Part shown: one piece after another, positions 13,932 to 27,407 of the stretch
Numbering within the stretch: the stretch's first letter is position 1
How the letters are laid out: the number at the start of each line of letters is the position of its first letter
Source: Eledone cirrhosa
Taxonomy: Eukaryota
Reading direction: 5' to 3'
Length of the DNA stretch: 63,832 bases
Assembly (NCBI GenBank): GCA_964016885.1
Contig: OZ024741.1
Span: 390,104,169 to 390,168,000, forward strand
The notes under the pieces: model-generated
Told to the model about the DNA's origin: nothing
The model's input: only the letters and a program-made list of their open reading frames with translations
Databases searched by the model: none
Translations under genes and position numbers: made by a program

Positions 13932-16900
13932 TCATCATCATCATCATCACCGTTTTACGTCCGTTCTTCCACGCTAGCATGGGTTAGACGGGTTGTCCTG
14001 TTGTGTGCAGTGTCTGGTCGGTTGACCATGCCTTGCTCATACAGGAACTGATCTGGCTTGATTTCTACAGCTGGATGCCCTTCCTAACACCAACCTCATT
14101 TACAGTGAGTGCTGGGTGCTTTTTCGTGGCGCCTACACGTCCACTATACAGTGTGGGCTGGGTGCTTTTTTGCCGTGGCACCTCCACGACCACCTTGCGG
14201 TGGGGGGTGTGGGGCATATTGTTTATATGCTTCAGCATGTACCCATGGGAGGTCGGGTACTCTGTATTACTGCGTGACGCCAGAAGTCACGGTCGTGTGT
14301 CATTGTCTTTGAGAGGTGTAATTGGGTAAGGTCGGCTTTTATCACCTCATCCCAGGTCATCTTGGGTCTCCCCACTCTGCGGTTTCCATCAACTTCTAGT
14401 GCTCTGCACCTTTTTATGCAGCTGTCATCCTTCATACGCATCACATGTCCATACCAGCGCAACCGCCTCTCCTGCACACAGCATTTGATTCCTCTTATGC
14501 TCAGTCTCTCTCTCAATTCATTTATGCTTTGTCGTTCACGTATATTACTGTTACACATCCATCGGAGCATGCAGGCTTCGTTTCTCTCTAATCTACGTAA
14601 GTATTCCACCTTCAGCGCCCAGGTCTCACTACCATGCAACATCGCTGTTCGGATACACGCATCATACAGTCTGCCTTTCATTCTGAGGGAGAAGCCTTTT
14701 GCAGCTAGCAGTGGTAGTAGTTCCCTAAACTTCTTCCATCCCGTTCTTACCCTAGTTATTGTACTTTCTGAACACCCACCTCCATTGCTAATTCGGTCAC
14801 CTAGGTAGCAGAAGCTGTCTACTGTTTCTACAGGGCCCTCCCAGAGATTGGTGGTACTTGTTTCCTGTGGCTGTTTGCTGCTTGCTGTTTCAGCACAGCT
14901 GTTGCATGTGAATCCTACATTCTTAATTAAGCTTCCTGAGATCCCGCTACATCTCTTGTGTACCCATTGTTTGCATTTGGGGCAGAGAATGGAGTTCCTA
15001 CCTACACCTTTCCTACATACTGAGCAAGGCCATTTCCCTGAGGGGATCTGGGTTCTGTTTTCTCGTCTACTTACAAGGACCTTAGTCTTTGTCATGTTGA
15101 CTTTGAGACCCTTTCTCTCTAGTCCCTGCTTCCAGGTTTGGAATTTATTCTCTAGTTCTATCATAGATTCAGCTATGAGTGCGAGGTCATCAGCATACAG
15201 GAGTTCCCATGGGCATCCGGTCTTAAATTCCTCCGTTATTGCCTGCAGGACTATGATGAACAGGAGAGGGCTAAGAACAGAGCCCTGGTGGACACCAACC
15301 TGTACGCTAAATTCCTCGCTATACTCATTGCTAATTCTAACTTTGCTGACTGCTCCCCTATACATGGCTTGTACCGCTTTCACAAGCCATTCATCTACTC
15401 CTAGTTTTCTAAGAGCCCACCAGATTGCAGCACGTGGAACTCTGTCAAAGGCTTTCTCAAGGTCGACAAATGCCAAGTAGAGTGGCTTACTTTTAGCTAG
15501 GTACTTTTCCTGTAATTGCCTCACAAGGAAGAGGGCATCAGTAGTGCCTCTTCCTGGTACAAACCCAAATTGCATCTCGTCTATTTTCACCCGGTCCCTA
15601 ATCAGCTGTGCTATAACTCTTTCTGTTACTTTCATGACCTGGTCCATCAACTTTATACCTCTATAGTTTCCTCTATTTAGTGCGTCGCCTTTGCCTTTGT
15701 AGCAGTTGACAATGATGCTACTGCACCAATCTTTTTGTATGGCCCCTTCTAGTATTACCTGGTTAATGATACGTGTGGTTATAGTGTGACCTACAGACCC
15801 AGATGCCTTCAGCATCTCGGCAGCTATACCCGATGGACCGGTTGCCTTCCCCATCTTCATATCTCTGATTGCCTTACTTACTATGCTGCCGCTGACTTGT
15901 ACTGCTGGTCCCTCTATAGGGTCTACTTGGGGTAGGGTCTCTTCTTCCCATGCATTCTCCTCATTTAGTAATCTATCATAATGACTCTTCCATGCATCTT
16001 TCTTCTCAGCACTTGTGAGGGCAAGCTCACCTTTATCATTCTGGATACACTTCTATCCAATGACATCACAACTATCTCTGACACACTGCCTCGCAATCTT
16101 GAATACCTCCTGTTTCTGGTCCTCACGTTGTAAAACATGCTTGAAGTTTCTATCCTCTGCTTCCCTCCTAGCTAAGTATACTTGTCGCCTAGCTTCCCTC
16201 TTGGTCTCTATGTATTGACTGCTTCATCTACCTTATTGTTCCACCACCAAGTCACTCTCCTCCTGCTTGAGGTCTTACTCCAGCCACAGACCTCGTCCGT
16301 CGCCTCTAGTAAATTATTTTTTAGGAACTCCCAGTTCTCTTCTACATTAAATGTCTCTATCTGTTCTTCTTTACTGTCGTAGGCGTTGAGTAAAATATCT
16401 TTAAATCTGTTACTGGTTGAGGGGACTTTCAGCTTCCAGATCTTTCTTCTCCAGGTTGGCCTCTGTTTCACGGCTCGTCTAGTTCTGACCGTGAGGTCGC
16501 TGACAACTAAGCTATGTTGGGATGTACATTCCTCACTAGGGAAGGCTTTTGTGTTTACGACCGTCCATCTGTCACGTCCTCTGATGAGGATAAAATCTAA
16601 CTGACTAGAGTGCTCCCCTGATCTATAGGTGATCAGGTGGTTGTCGGGTTTTTTAAAGTTTGTGTTACATATCGACATGTCATTGGCGTCGCAGAATTCT
16701 AGAAATCTGAATCCTTCCTCATTCCTTGTGCCAACTCCATGGCCTCCATGTACTCTATTGAAGCCGTCGCAGTGTTTACCATAGGTGTCCGTTAAAATCT
16801 CCTGCGATGATTAGGAAGTCCTTGTCGTCTGTTAGAGCAGTAGTGTGTATTAGGGACTCGTAAAACCTATCCTTAAGTTCGTCTGGCAGCCCCGATTGGG

Positions 16901-17750
16901 GTGCGTAAGCTGATATTATTGTGGTAATTGTCTTATTCAGGACTAGTCTGAGTTTAATGATTCTTGCATTTACCCTGTACACTGAGATTACTTTATCTAC
17001 CCACTTGTCAGCTAGTAGTATACCTACACCACCCATCCCATCGTCATTTCCCACCCAGAAAAATTTGTAGCACTGACTTTTTCCTACAAGGACTCTAGCA
17101 GACTCTCCTCTCCATCTAGTCTCTTGCACACAGCATACATCAACTTCCTTTCGCTCTAGCATTTCTACGATTTCTCCTGCTCTTCCTTTCATTGAGCCTA
17201 CATTGATGGTACCAACTCGGAGTTTTGGGCATTTGTCGACACTCGTAGGGGAGGGTCTCTGGGTTGGCGCTTCACGTGGGTGCTTGGTAGCTCGCAGATT
17301 CATATTTCATCTATTGATTCAGAGTTGCTCAAATGTATTCCCAGCTCATCCATCCATAACGGTGGGAAAATTGAGGGCTAGAAGAACAGTGGTGGTGGGG
17401 TAATGGCAGGGTGTGTTGGGCTGCGCCAGAGGAGGAGAGAGTTAGTTAGGTAGGTAGTAGCAGCAGCAGCAGCAGCAGCGGAAATGGCATGCTGAGGTTT
17501 GATTGGTCGAATAGTGTGTGGGGGTGGGTGAGAGGGAAATTGTGAGGTGGGCACTGAGGGCCGCATGGTAAATAACCGAGAGAGATACGATAGAATTAGA
17601 ATATCGCATGGTAAATATCCGAAGTTAAAACAGCAGTAATATTAACAATAGTAACGTCATAGGAACTAAGATACCTTCGAAAATTTATCAATAATACAGC
17701 AGAAAAACTAGTAATATTAACAATAATAGCGTCATAAAACTAACTAAGAG
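13932..17750 (-). mobile_element. Near full-length but disabled RTE-clade LINE (PHD-RT family)
   Basis: ORF pieces 16776-17303, 16208-16678 and 14232-15860 are colinear with the intact 1039-aa ORF; frameshift near 16780, ~50-bp deletion near 16215, stop near 16053; complete 3' UTR with (GAT)n tail; 5' UTR homologous to the 400-bp monomer. Confidence 0.95.
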
Positions 17751-17760
17751 TATATGTATG

Positions 17761-17794
<34 letters not shown>

Positions 17795-17988
17795 TGTATG
17801 TATGTATGTATGTATGTATATATATATGTATGTATGTATGTATGTATATATATATGTATGTATATATATATATATATATGTATGTAAGTATATATATATA
17901 TGTATGTAAGTATATATATATATGTATGTAAGTATATATATATATATATGTATGTAAGTATATATATATATATATATATGTATGTAAG

Positions 17989-18021
<33 letters not shown>

Positions 18022-18081
18022 ATATATATATATGTATGTATATATATATATGTATGTATATATATATATATATATGTATGT

Positions 18082-19209
18082 GGATAAGTTCCTTGCCTTA
18101 GTTAGGTCTTTCCATGACGACATGAAGGCTTGGGTTAATGTCGGAGGTAACATGTCGGAGTCTATCTCAGTAACAAATGGAGTGAAACAGGGGGATATTC
18201 CAGCACCGACCCTGTTTGCCATATACTTTGCAATGGTTTTCTGTATTGCATTCAGGAATTGTGAGCATGGTGTTTACATCCGATATCGAACCTCAGGCAG
18301 CATATTTAACATCAGGCGCTTTGCTGCGAAGACAAAAGTATTTACATCAATCATAAGAGACTTCTTGTATGCAGATGATTGCGATCTTGTAGCGCACACA
18401 GAGAGTGATATGCAGCACATTTTGAATGCATTTTTTTATGCTTGCACTGCCCTAGGATTGACTATCAGTCTCAAGAAAACCGTCGTCATGTACCAACCTG
18501 CCCCTGGTAAGCAGTACACTGAACCAAATATCTATGTGTATGGTAAACGACTTGGAGTGGTTGATCAGTTTGTCTACCTGGGAAGCACTGTCAATCGATA
18601 CAGCAACCTTGACAGTGATTGACTACCAGGCTGCTGTTGGAGATGCTACTCATCATGCTTGCCAAACATGTGGTAGAGAATGTAAATCAGCAGGAGGGCT
18701 CAAGCGACATGCAAAAGTACACAAACTCCAACCACAGCCGACTATTCCCAGTGAATGTTTTGGTTTCCGACTCTGTGCAAGACATTTTAGATCATTGGCT
18801 GGGCTAAAAAGCCACATTCGATCGCAGCGCTGTTAGTTGCTATCGTGTGTGTATAGATATGTTTATGTGTGCGCGTATATATATATGAATATGTATAATA
18901 TTATTGTTGTTATTATTATTATTATTATTAACTTTGCCTTTCATCCTTACGCGGTCGATAAAATAAAGTACCAGTAATGCACTGTGTAATTGCTGGCCTT
19001 GTGCCAAAAGTAGAAACAATTATTATTATTATTATTATTAATGTATATGTGTGTATGTATATATATATATGTGTATATATGTATGTGTGTATATATATAT
19101 ATAAATATTTTTTTTAATTTTATTTTATTTTTTATTTATCAATTAATATATATATATATTTTTTTCTCCTCGTGCAATGGCCATACTCGATAACGAGGGG
19201 GCAGCTATC
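18082..19209 (+). mobile_element. Truncated, internally deleted RTE (BovB-like) LINE with C-terminal C2H2 zinc fingers
   Basis: RT motifs [24 protein letters not shown] and FVYLGS; then CQTC..H...H and [10 protein letters not shown]; 3' end GGCCATACTCGATAACGAG..GGCAGC followed by (AT)n. Confidence 0.85.
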
Positions 19210-19376
19210 ATATATACATATATGTATGTATATAAATATATATGTATATATATATATGTATATATAGATATATGTATATATATATGTATATATATATATA
19301 TATGTATGTATATATATATATATATGTATGTATATATATGTATATATATGTATGTATATATATGTATATATATATG

Positions 19377-19456
<80 letters not shown>

Positions 19457-19460
19457 TATG

Positions 19461-19492
<32 letters not shown>

Positions 19493-19574
19493 TATGTATA
19501 TATATATATGTATGTATATATATATATGTATGTATATATATGTATATATATATATGTATGTATATATATATATG

Positions 19575-19620
<46 letters not shown>

Positions 19621-20094
19621 TATGTATATATATATATGTATATATATATATGTATGTATATATATATATGTATGTATATATATATATGTATGTATATATA
19701 TATATGTATGTATATATATATATGTATGTATATATATATATGTATATATATGTATGTATATATATATATGTATGTATGTATATATATATATATATGTATG
19801 TATGTATATATATATATATGTATGTATGTATGTATATGTATGTATATATATATATATGTATGTATGTATATGTATGTATATATATATATGTATGTATGTA
19901 TATATATGTATGTATGTATGTATATATATATATGTATGTATATATATATATATATGTATGTATGTATATATATATATATATGTATGTATATATATATATA
20001 TATGTATGTATGTATGTATATATATATATATATGTATGTATGTATGTATATATATATATATATATGTATGTATATATATATATATATATGTATG

Positions 20095-20125
<31 letters not shown>

Positions 20126-20348
20126 ATATATATATATATGTATGTATATATATATATATATGTATGTATGTATATATATGTATGTATGTATATGTATGTA
20201 TGTATATATATATATGTATGTATGTATATGTATGTATGTATGTATATATATGTATGTATGTATATATATATATGTATGTATGTATATATATATATATATG
20301 TATGTATGTATATATATATATATGTATGTATATATATATATATGTATG

Positions 20349-20428
<80 letters not shown>

Positions 20429-20449
20429 TATATGTATGTATGTATATAT
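19210..20449. repeat. (TA)n/(TATG)n microsatellite
   Basis: Directly visible. Confidence 0.97.
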
Positions 20450-21465
20450 AACTTTGAATAACTTTGAAATGTTTTGGCCAGTATTGGCCCAGGCCATGTC
20501 TAACTTAATAGCACCACCTGGCGAAGTCTTTCAATTCAGGATTTGGGCACCATGGCCCATTCGAGAAGAGAATTACTGTTTGCGGAGACATATCCGGGTG
20601 TGGGTGGTTTGTCCGGGATTACTTGGAGGAATTTGTCCAAAGACTTCTTGAATTTTGTGTGGTCAGTTTCTGTTTTGACGTGTCCTGGTGTGATGTTGAA
20701 GAGAGCAGGGCCAATTGAGGTGAAATAATTGTGCCGTATTGTTGTTATGAGTTGCGATTTAGATTTTTGTATGGGACGGATAGCACGGGGCCCAAGCCTT
20801 GGGTGTATCTTGAAGGCGATGCCAACATCATTTGGGCAGTGATGATGGAACATTTTCCACATCATGCAGATAATATAACGCTCACGGCGACGTTGGAGTG
20901 AGTAAAGTTTCAGCTTTTCTAGTCGACCCCAGTAGTCAAGGTCTGACATGCCATCTATCTTTTTCGTGATTGCCCTTTGAGGAGCTTCAAGTTTCATGAT
21001 ACTTTTCGTGTGGGGAGACCACAGTGGACAACAGTATTCAAGGTGTGGTCGAGCAAAAGTAGAGAAGAGAAGGATAATGGTGTGGGAATTTCTCGACTGG
21101 AAGGTTCTGAGGATCCAGGAACACATTCTGCGGGCCATGTCAACTTTGCTGCTTATATGCGTGGCCCAGCTTATGTTGCTGTCCACGGTTACTCCCAAGT
21201 CTCTGATGTTGTTAGATGCCACGAGAGTTTCCCCGGAGGGAAGGGAGTACGGGAGTTTCAGAGCATCCTCTTTTCCAAAGTGGATCAGTTCGAATTTGTC
21301 TTCGTTCAGTAACATGTTGTTCTTTTCCGCCCATTGGGTAACAGCCAGTAGGTCTGACTGAAGGCTTATCCGGTCATCCACGCCATTGATGACCTTTTGG
21401 AGCTTGGAATCATCAGCGAAAATTTTAATGTTGCTGTGTTTGATGATGTCAGTGATGTCATTAAT
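20450..21465 (-). mobile_element. 5'-truncated CR1-like LINE, 3' part of ORF2
   Basis: FADD, IRDLGV, RPHLEYC..LWSP and [10 protein letters not shown] motifs; ORF ends at 20536; same family as 58050-60382. Confidence 0.88.
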
Positions 21466-21606
21466 ATGTATATGTATGTATGTATATATATGTATGTATG
21501 TATGTATATATATGTATGTATGTATATATATGTATATATATGTATGTATGTATATATATGTATATATATGTATGTATGTATATATATGTATGTATGTATA
21601 TATATG

Positions 21607-21638
<32 letters not shown>

Positions 21639-21972
21639 TGTATGGTACATATATATATATGTATGTATATATATATATATGTATGTTACATATATATATA
21701 TGTATGTATATATATATGTATGTATGTATATATTAATATGTATGTATATATATATATGTATGTATGTATATATATGTATGTATGTATGTATATGTATGTA
21801 TGTATATATATGTATGTATGTATATATATATATGTATGTATGTATATATATGTATGTATGTATGAATGTATATATATGTATGTATGTATGAATGTATATA
21901 TATGTATGTATGTATGTATGTATATATATATATGTATGTATGTATACATGTATGTATGTATGTATATATATG

Positions 21973-22015
<43 letters not shown>

Positions 22016-22020
22016 GTATG

Positions 22021-22073
<53 letters not shown>

Positions 22074-22081
22074 GTATGTAT
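21466..22081. repeat. (TATG)n/(TA)n microsatellite
   Basis: Directly visible. Confidence 0.97.
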
Positions 22082-22656
22082 ATGTATCCCAGTACAACCT
22101 GTCTCATGGTCGGGTTGTTGGCGACTAAACTGGCAACCCCACCAAGGTTTCTTGGTGAGGAGGGTGACTTTGGACATCCTGCAGGACTAAAAACGAAACC
22201 TGTCAAAGGGCAAAGGACCTCTTAAGAGTCAATGGCCATCCAAAATCACCGGGAGAGATTACCCCTTAGCCTTTGTCAAGGCAGAATTCTAGGAGAAGGA
22301 AAACTCTGATATAACACCTGCAACCCTGATGGTATCCGATGATGTTGACTTGTTCTTCTTTTTGGTAAATATTATCTTGGTTAAGAGAGTGGGACTGGCT
22401 TTGTGCAGTGCCTTTGCTCACTATAAAAGCTTCACGGCACAAGCATTGCTTTATATCTGGAGATCTCTCTGCACTTGTCATCACATGGTACCATGGGCCC
22501 AGCACTGTGTCAATAATTGTCAAAGTGTAGTGTTTGTACCAGAGTTTTCAAGTCGCTGGCTGGACTAAAAAGTCACACTCGTTCAGTGCATCAGTAGGGG
22601 TTCTCCTACATGGATATAAAGTAGTGGCCGTACTTGAAAACGAGTTGGCAGCCACC
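22082..22656 (+). mobile_element. Non-autonomous bipartite RTE-derived retroelement
   Basis: RTE-like 5' UTR joined to a C2H2-finger relic and the conserved 3' end; followed by (AT)n. Confidence 0.8.
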
Positions 22657-22689
22657 ATATATATATATATATATATGTATGTATATATA

Positions 22690-24023
22690 TCATCATCATC
22701 ATCATCATCATCATCAACGTTTAATGTCCGTGTTCCACGCTTGCATGGGTTTGGACGGGGGTTTTCCCACTTGAGGCAAGAGTGATTGTCTTGCTCGCAT
22801 AGGACTGTCTGGCAGGTTTTCTACAGTTGGATGCCCTTCCTAACACCAACCAGATTTACAGTGTGGGTCTGGGAGGTTTTTACCGTGTTGCCTACACGGC
22901 CACATTACAGCGTGGACTGTGTGTTTTTTTGTCGTGACACCTACACGATCTAATTTGTTTCGGCCTGGATGGTGTGGCACCAACATAACTTTACATAGAA
23001 GGGGATGGTGTGGATGGGTTGGGGGTGGTGGGACGGGGGTGTATTTTGTTAGAGATGCCTACTGACTGTAGTAGGTTTTACTATGTATTTAGGTAAGGTG
23101 TGTCTTCTCTATTACTGAGTACCGCCAAAGGTCTCGGTCCAGTGACATTGTCTTGGAGAGGTGTAAGTGTGTGAGGTCGGAGTTTATCAGCTCGTCCCAG
23201 GTTTTTCTAGGTCTGCCTATTCCGTGGCTACCGTCTATCTTTATTGCCCTGCACTTTGTTATACAGCTATCGACTTTCATGCGCATCACGTGTCCATACC
23301 AACGTAGCCTTCTCTCGAGTAAACAACATCTGATCCCTCTTATTTCTAATTTTTTCCTTAGTTCGTTTATGCTTTGCCGTTCACGTATATTACTATTACA
23401 CATCCAGCGGAGCATGCAAGCTTCGTTCCTCTCTAGTCTGCGTATATCCTCTGCACACAATGCTCAGGTCTCACTGCCATGCAACATTGCTGTTCGTATG
23501 CAGGCATCATACAACCTGCCTTTCATTTTTAGGGAGAACCCTTTAGCGGCTAATAGTGGTATAAGCTCTCTGAACTTTTTCCATCCAGTTCTGACTCTAG
23601 CTACTGTACTTTCAGAGCACCCTCCCCCACTGCTGATTTTGTCACCCAGGTAACGGAAGCTGTCCACTATTTCTATAGAGCCCTCTGCGCAGTTGTAAGA
23701 GCTAGTATTTTGTGGGCACTTGCTGCTACTTATTGTACCAGAGCACCGGCCACATGTAAAATCTATGTTCTTAGTTAGCTTACCTGTGATCCCACTACAT
23801 CTTTTATGCACCTATACTTTGCATTTGGGACATAAAATGGAGTTTCTACCTACGCCTTTCCTACACACTGAGCATGGCCTTTTCCCGGAAGGGACCACCG
23901 CCTTATTTTCTTTCCTACAAACTATAACTTTAGTCTTAGCCAGGTTAATTTTAAGGCCTTTTGATTCTAGGCCGTGCTTCCATGTTTGGAATTTCTTCTC
24001 TAGCTCGGCCATTGATTCAGCTA
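22690..24023 (-). mobile_element. 5'-truncated RTE LINE, diverged subfamily of the PHD-RT family
   Basis: [42 protein letters not shown] and MLHGSET; two in-frame stops; (CAT)n tail on + at 22690. Confidence 0.9.
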
Positions 24024-24028
24024 CATAT

Positions 24029-24062
<34 letters not shown>

Positions 24063-24089
24063 GTATATATATGTATGTATATATGTATG

Positions 24090-24134
<45 letters not shown>

Positions 24135-24224
24135 GTATGCATGTATATATATGTATGTATATATATATATGTATGTATGTATATATATGTATGTATGTAT
24201 AGTTATATATGTATGTATGTATAG

Positions 24225-24259
<35 letters not shown>

Positions 24260-24359
24260 TGTATGTATGTATGTATATATATATATATGTATGTATGTAT
24301 ATATATGTATGTATGTATGTATATGTATGTATGTATGTATGTATATATATGTATGTATG

Positions 24360-24399
<40 letters not shown>

Positions 24400-24418
24400 T
24401 GTATGTATATATATATGT

Positions 24419-24452
<34 letters not shown>

Positions 24453-24504
24453 GTATATATGTATGTATGTATATATATATGTATGTATATATATATGTAT
24501 GTAT

Positions 24505-24538
<34 letters not shown>

Positions 24539-24951
24539 GTATATATATATGTATGTATACATATATATGTATATATATGTATGTATGTATATATATATGT
24601 ATGTATATATATATATGTATATATATATGTATGTATATATATATATGTATATATATATGTATGTATGTATGTATATATATGTATGTATGTATATATATAT
24701 ATGTATGTATGTATATATATATATGTATGTATGTATATATATATATGTGTATGTATGTATATATATATATATATATGTATGTATATATATATATGTATGT
24801 ATATATATATGTATGTATATATATATATATGTATATATATATGTATGTATATATATATATATGTATATATATATGTATGTATATATATATATGTATGTAT
24901 ATATATATATGTATGTATATATATATATGTATGTATATATATATATGTATG

Positions 24952-25004
<53 letters not shown>

Positions 25005-25018
25005 GTATGTATATATAT

Positions 25019-25063
<45 letters not shown>

Positions 25064-25124
25064 TATCTATGTATATATATATATGTATGTATATATATAT
25101 ATGTATGTATATATATATATGTAT
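24024..25124. repeat. (TA)n/(TATG)n microsatellite
   Basis: Directly visible. Confidence 0.97.
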
Positions 25125-25458
25125 GGAGGCTCATGGCTTAGTGGTTAGAGCATTGGCTTTGCAATCGAAAGGTTGTGAGTTCAATTCTCAGACCAGGTGA
25201 TGTGTTGTTTCCTTGAGCAAGACACTTTATTTCACATTGCTCCAGTTTACTCAGCTGTAGAAATGAGATGATAGGGACTGGAGTCCTATCATTCCACTGC
25301 AAAGTGGTCGTGGAGGTGCCACGGAAAAAAAGCACCCAGCACTCACTGTAAATGAGGTTGGTGTTAGGAAGGGCATCCAGCTGTAGAAATCAAGCCAGAA
25401 TCAGTTCCCGTCCCACCCTTGCAAGCAGGGAAAAGCGGACATAAGATGATGATGATGA
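25125..25458 (+). mobile_element. tRNA-derived SINE (family 1) with RTE-derived 3' tail
   Basis: A box TGGCTTAGTGG, B box GTTCAATTC, central CCTTGAGCAAGACACTT, tail shared with the PHD-RT LINE 3' UTR, (GAT)n end. Confidence 0.88.
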
Positions 25459-25509
25459 TATATATATGTATGTATATATATATATGTATGTATATATATA
25501 TATGTATGT

Positions 25510-25564
<55 letters not shown>

Positions 25565-25644
25565 TATGTATGTATATATATATATGTATGTATATATATA
25601 TATGTATGTATATATATATATGTATGTATATATATATATGTATG

Positions 25645-25684
<40 letters not shown>

Positions 25685-25809
25685 TATATGTATGTATATA
25701 TATATATGTATGTATATATATATATGTATGTGTATATATATATATATATGTATGTGTATATATATATATATATGTATGTGTATATATATATATATATGTA
25801 TGTGTATAT

Positions 25810-25843
<34 letters not shown>

Positions 25844-26188
25844 GTATGTATGAATATATATATATGTATGAATATATATATATGTATGAATATATATATA
25901 TGTATGAATATATATATATGTATGAATATATATATATGTATGAATATGTATGTATGTATGTATGAATATGTATGTATATATATGTATGTATGTATGAATG
26001 TATATATATGTATGTATGTATGAATATATATATATGTATGTATGAATGTATATATATGTATGTATGAATATATATATATGTATGTATGAATGTATATATA
26101 TGTATGTATGTATGAATGTATATATATGTATGTATGTATGAATATATATATATGTATGTATGTATATATATATATATATACATACGTA
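25459..26188. repeat. (TA)n/(TATG)n/(TGAA) microsatellite
   Basis: Directly visible. Confidence 0.97.
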
Positions 26189-26191
26189 TGT

Positions 26192-26786
26192 CAGGTCACC
26201 AGTTGGTGCTACTGGTAACATGTATCCCAGTACAACCTGTCTCATGGTCGGGTCGTTGGCGACTAAACTGGCAACCCCACCAAGGTTTCTTGGTGGGGAG
26301 GGTGACTTTGGACATCCTGCAGGAATAAAAACAAAACCTGTCAAGGGGCAAAGGAGCTCTTAAGAGTCAATGGCCATCCAAAATCACTGGGAGAGATGAC
26401 CCCTTAGCCTTTGTCAAGGCAGAATTCTAGGAGAAGGCAAACTCTGATATAACACCTGCAACCCTGATGGTATCCAATGATGTTGACTTGTTCTTCTTTT
26501 TGGTAAATATTATCTTGGTTAAGAGAGTGGGACTGGCTTTGTGCAGTGCCTTTGCTCACTATAAAAGCTTCACGGCTTTATATCTGGAGATCTCTCTGCA
26601 CTTGTCGTCACATGGAACCATGGGCCCAGCACTATGTGTCAATAATTGTCACAAGTGTAGTGTTTGTACCAGAGTTTTCAAGTCGCTGGCGAGGCTAAAA
26701 AGTCACACTCGTTCAGTGCATCCGTAGGGGTTCTCCTACATGGATATAAGGTAGTGGCCGTACTCGAAAACGAGTTGGCAGCCACC
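26192..26786 (+). mobile_element. Longest copy (~595 bp) of the non-autonomous bipartite RTE-derived retroelement
   Basis: Extends furthest 5'; encodes relic [25 protein letters not shown]; same 3' end. Confidence 0.8.
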
Positions 26787-26967
26787 ATATATATATATAT
26801 ATGTATGTATGTATGTATATGTTTGTATATATTTATTTTATGTATGTATGTATGTATGTATATGTTTGTATATATTTATTTTATGTATGTATGTATATAT
26901 ATGTTTGTATATATTTATTTTATGTATGTATGTATATATATGTATGTATATACATATATATACATAT

Positions 26968-27170
26968 CAGTAGTTACCGATGTTGATCATTTCTTCTTTT
27001 CGGGTTATAGCTACTGTCGCTCAGAGAGTGGGTTTGGCTCAGTCCACACTCTTTCCTCACTTTAAAAAATATCTTCACGCACAGGCATTGCACGATATAA
27101 TTAATCAATAATTATTAACAATGGTATATCAGGCAATGGCCATACTCGATAACGAGGGAGCAGCGATCAT
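26968..27170 (+). mobile_element. Diverged relative of the bipartite RTE element
   Basis: GATGTTGA..TTCTTCTTTT..AGAGAGTGGG..CTTCACG.CACAGGCATTGC aligns to the family; 3' end GGCCATACTCGATAACGAG matches the LINE end at 19180. Confidence 0.6.
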
Positions 27171-27407
27171 CATATGTATATATATATATAGTAATAATAA
27201 TAAATTTGAAGACTAAAATCCAAAGAGAACTCGATAAGGATAAATATATATCAAATATATAAGAACCGTAGAGCAAATATTTATAAAAATAACGGATTAA
27301 AGTTTAAGCAAAGAATCGCTGCTTTCACCCAGAAGATCCCGTTAAGGGTGAAACCAGCGATTCTTTGCTTAAACTTTAATCTGTTATTTTAATAAATATA
27401 TATATAT

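Noticed and set aside
23461-23814. Two TGG-to-stop changes in one LINE copy, suggesting deaminase editing
   Set aside because: Two events are too few; a subfamily consensus is needed to test for G-to-A excess.
25125-25200. tRNA genes at A/B-box sequences
   Set aside because: They are SINE heads that continue into SINE bodies and tails.
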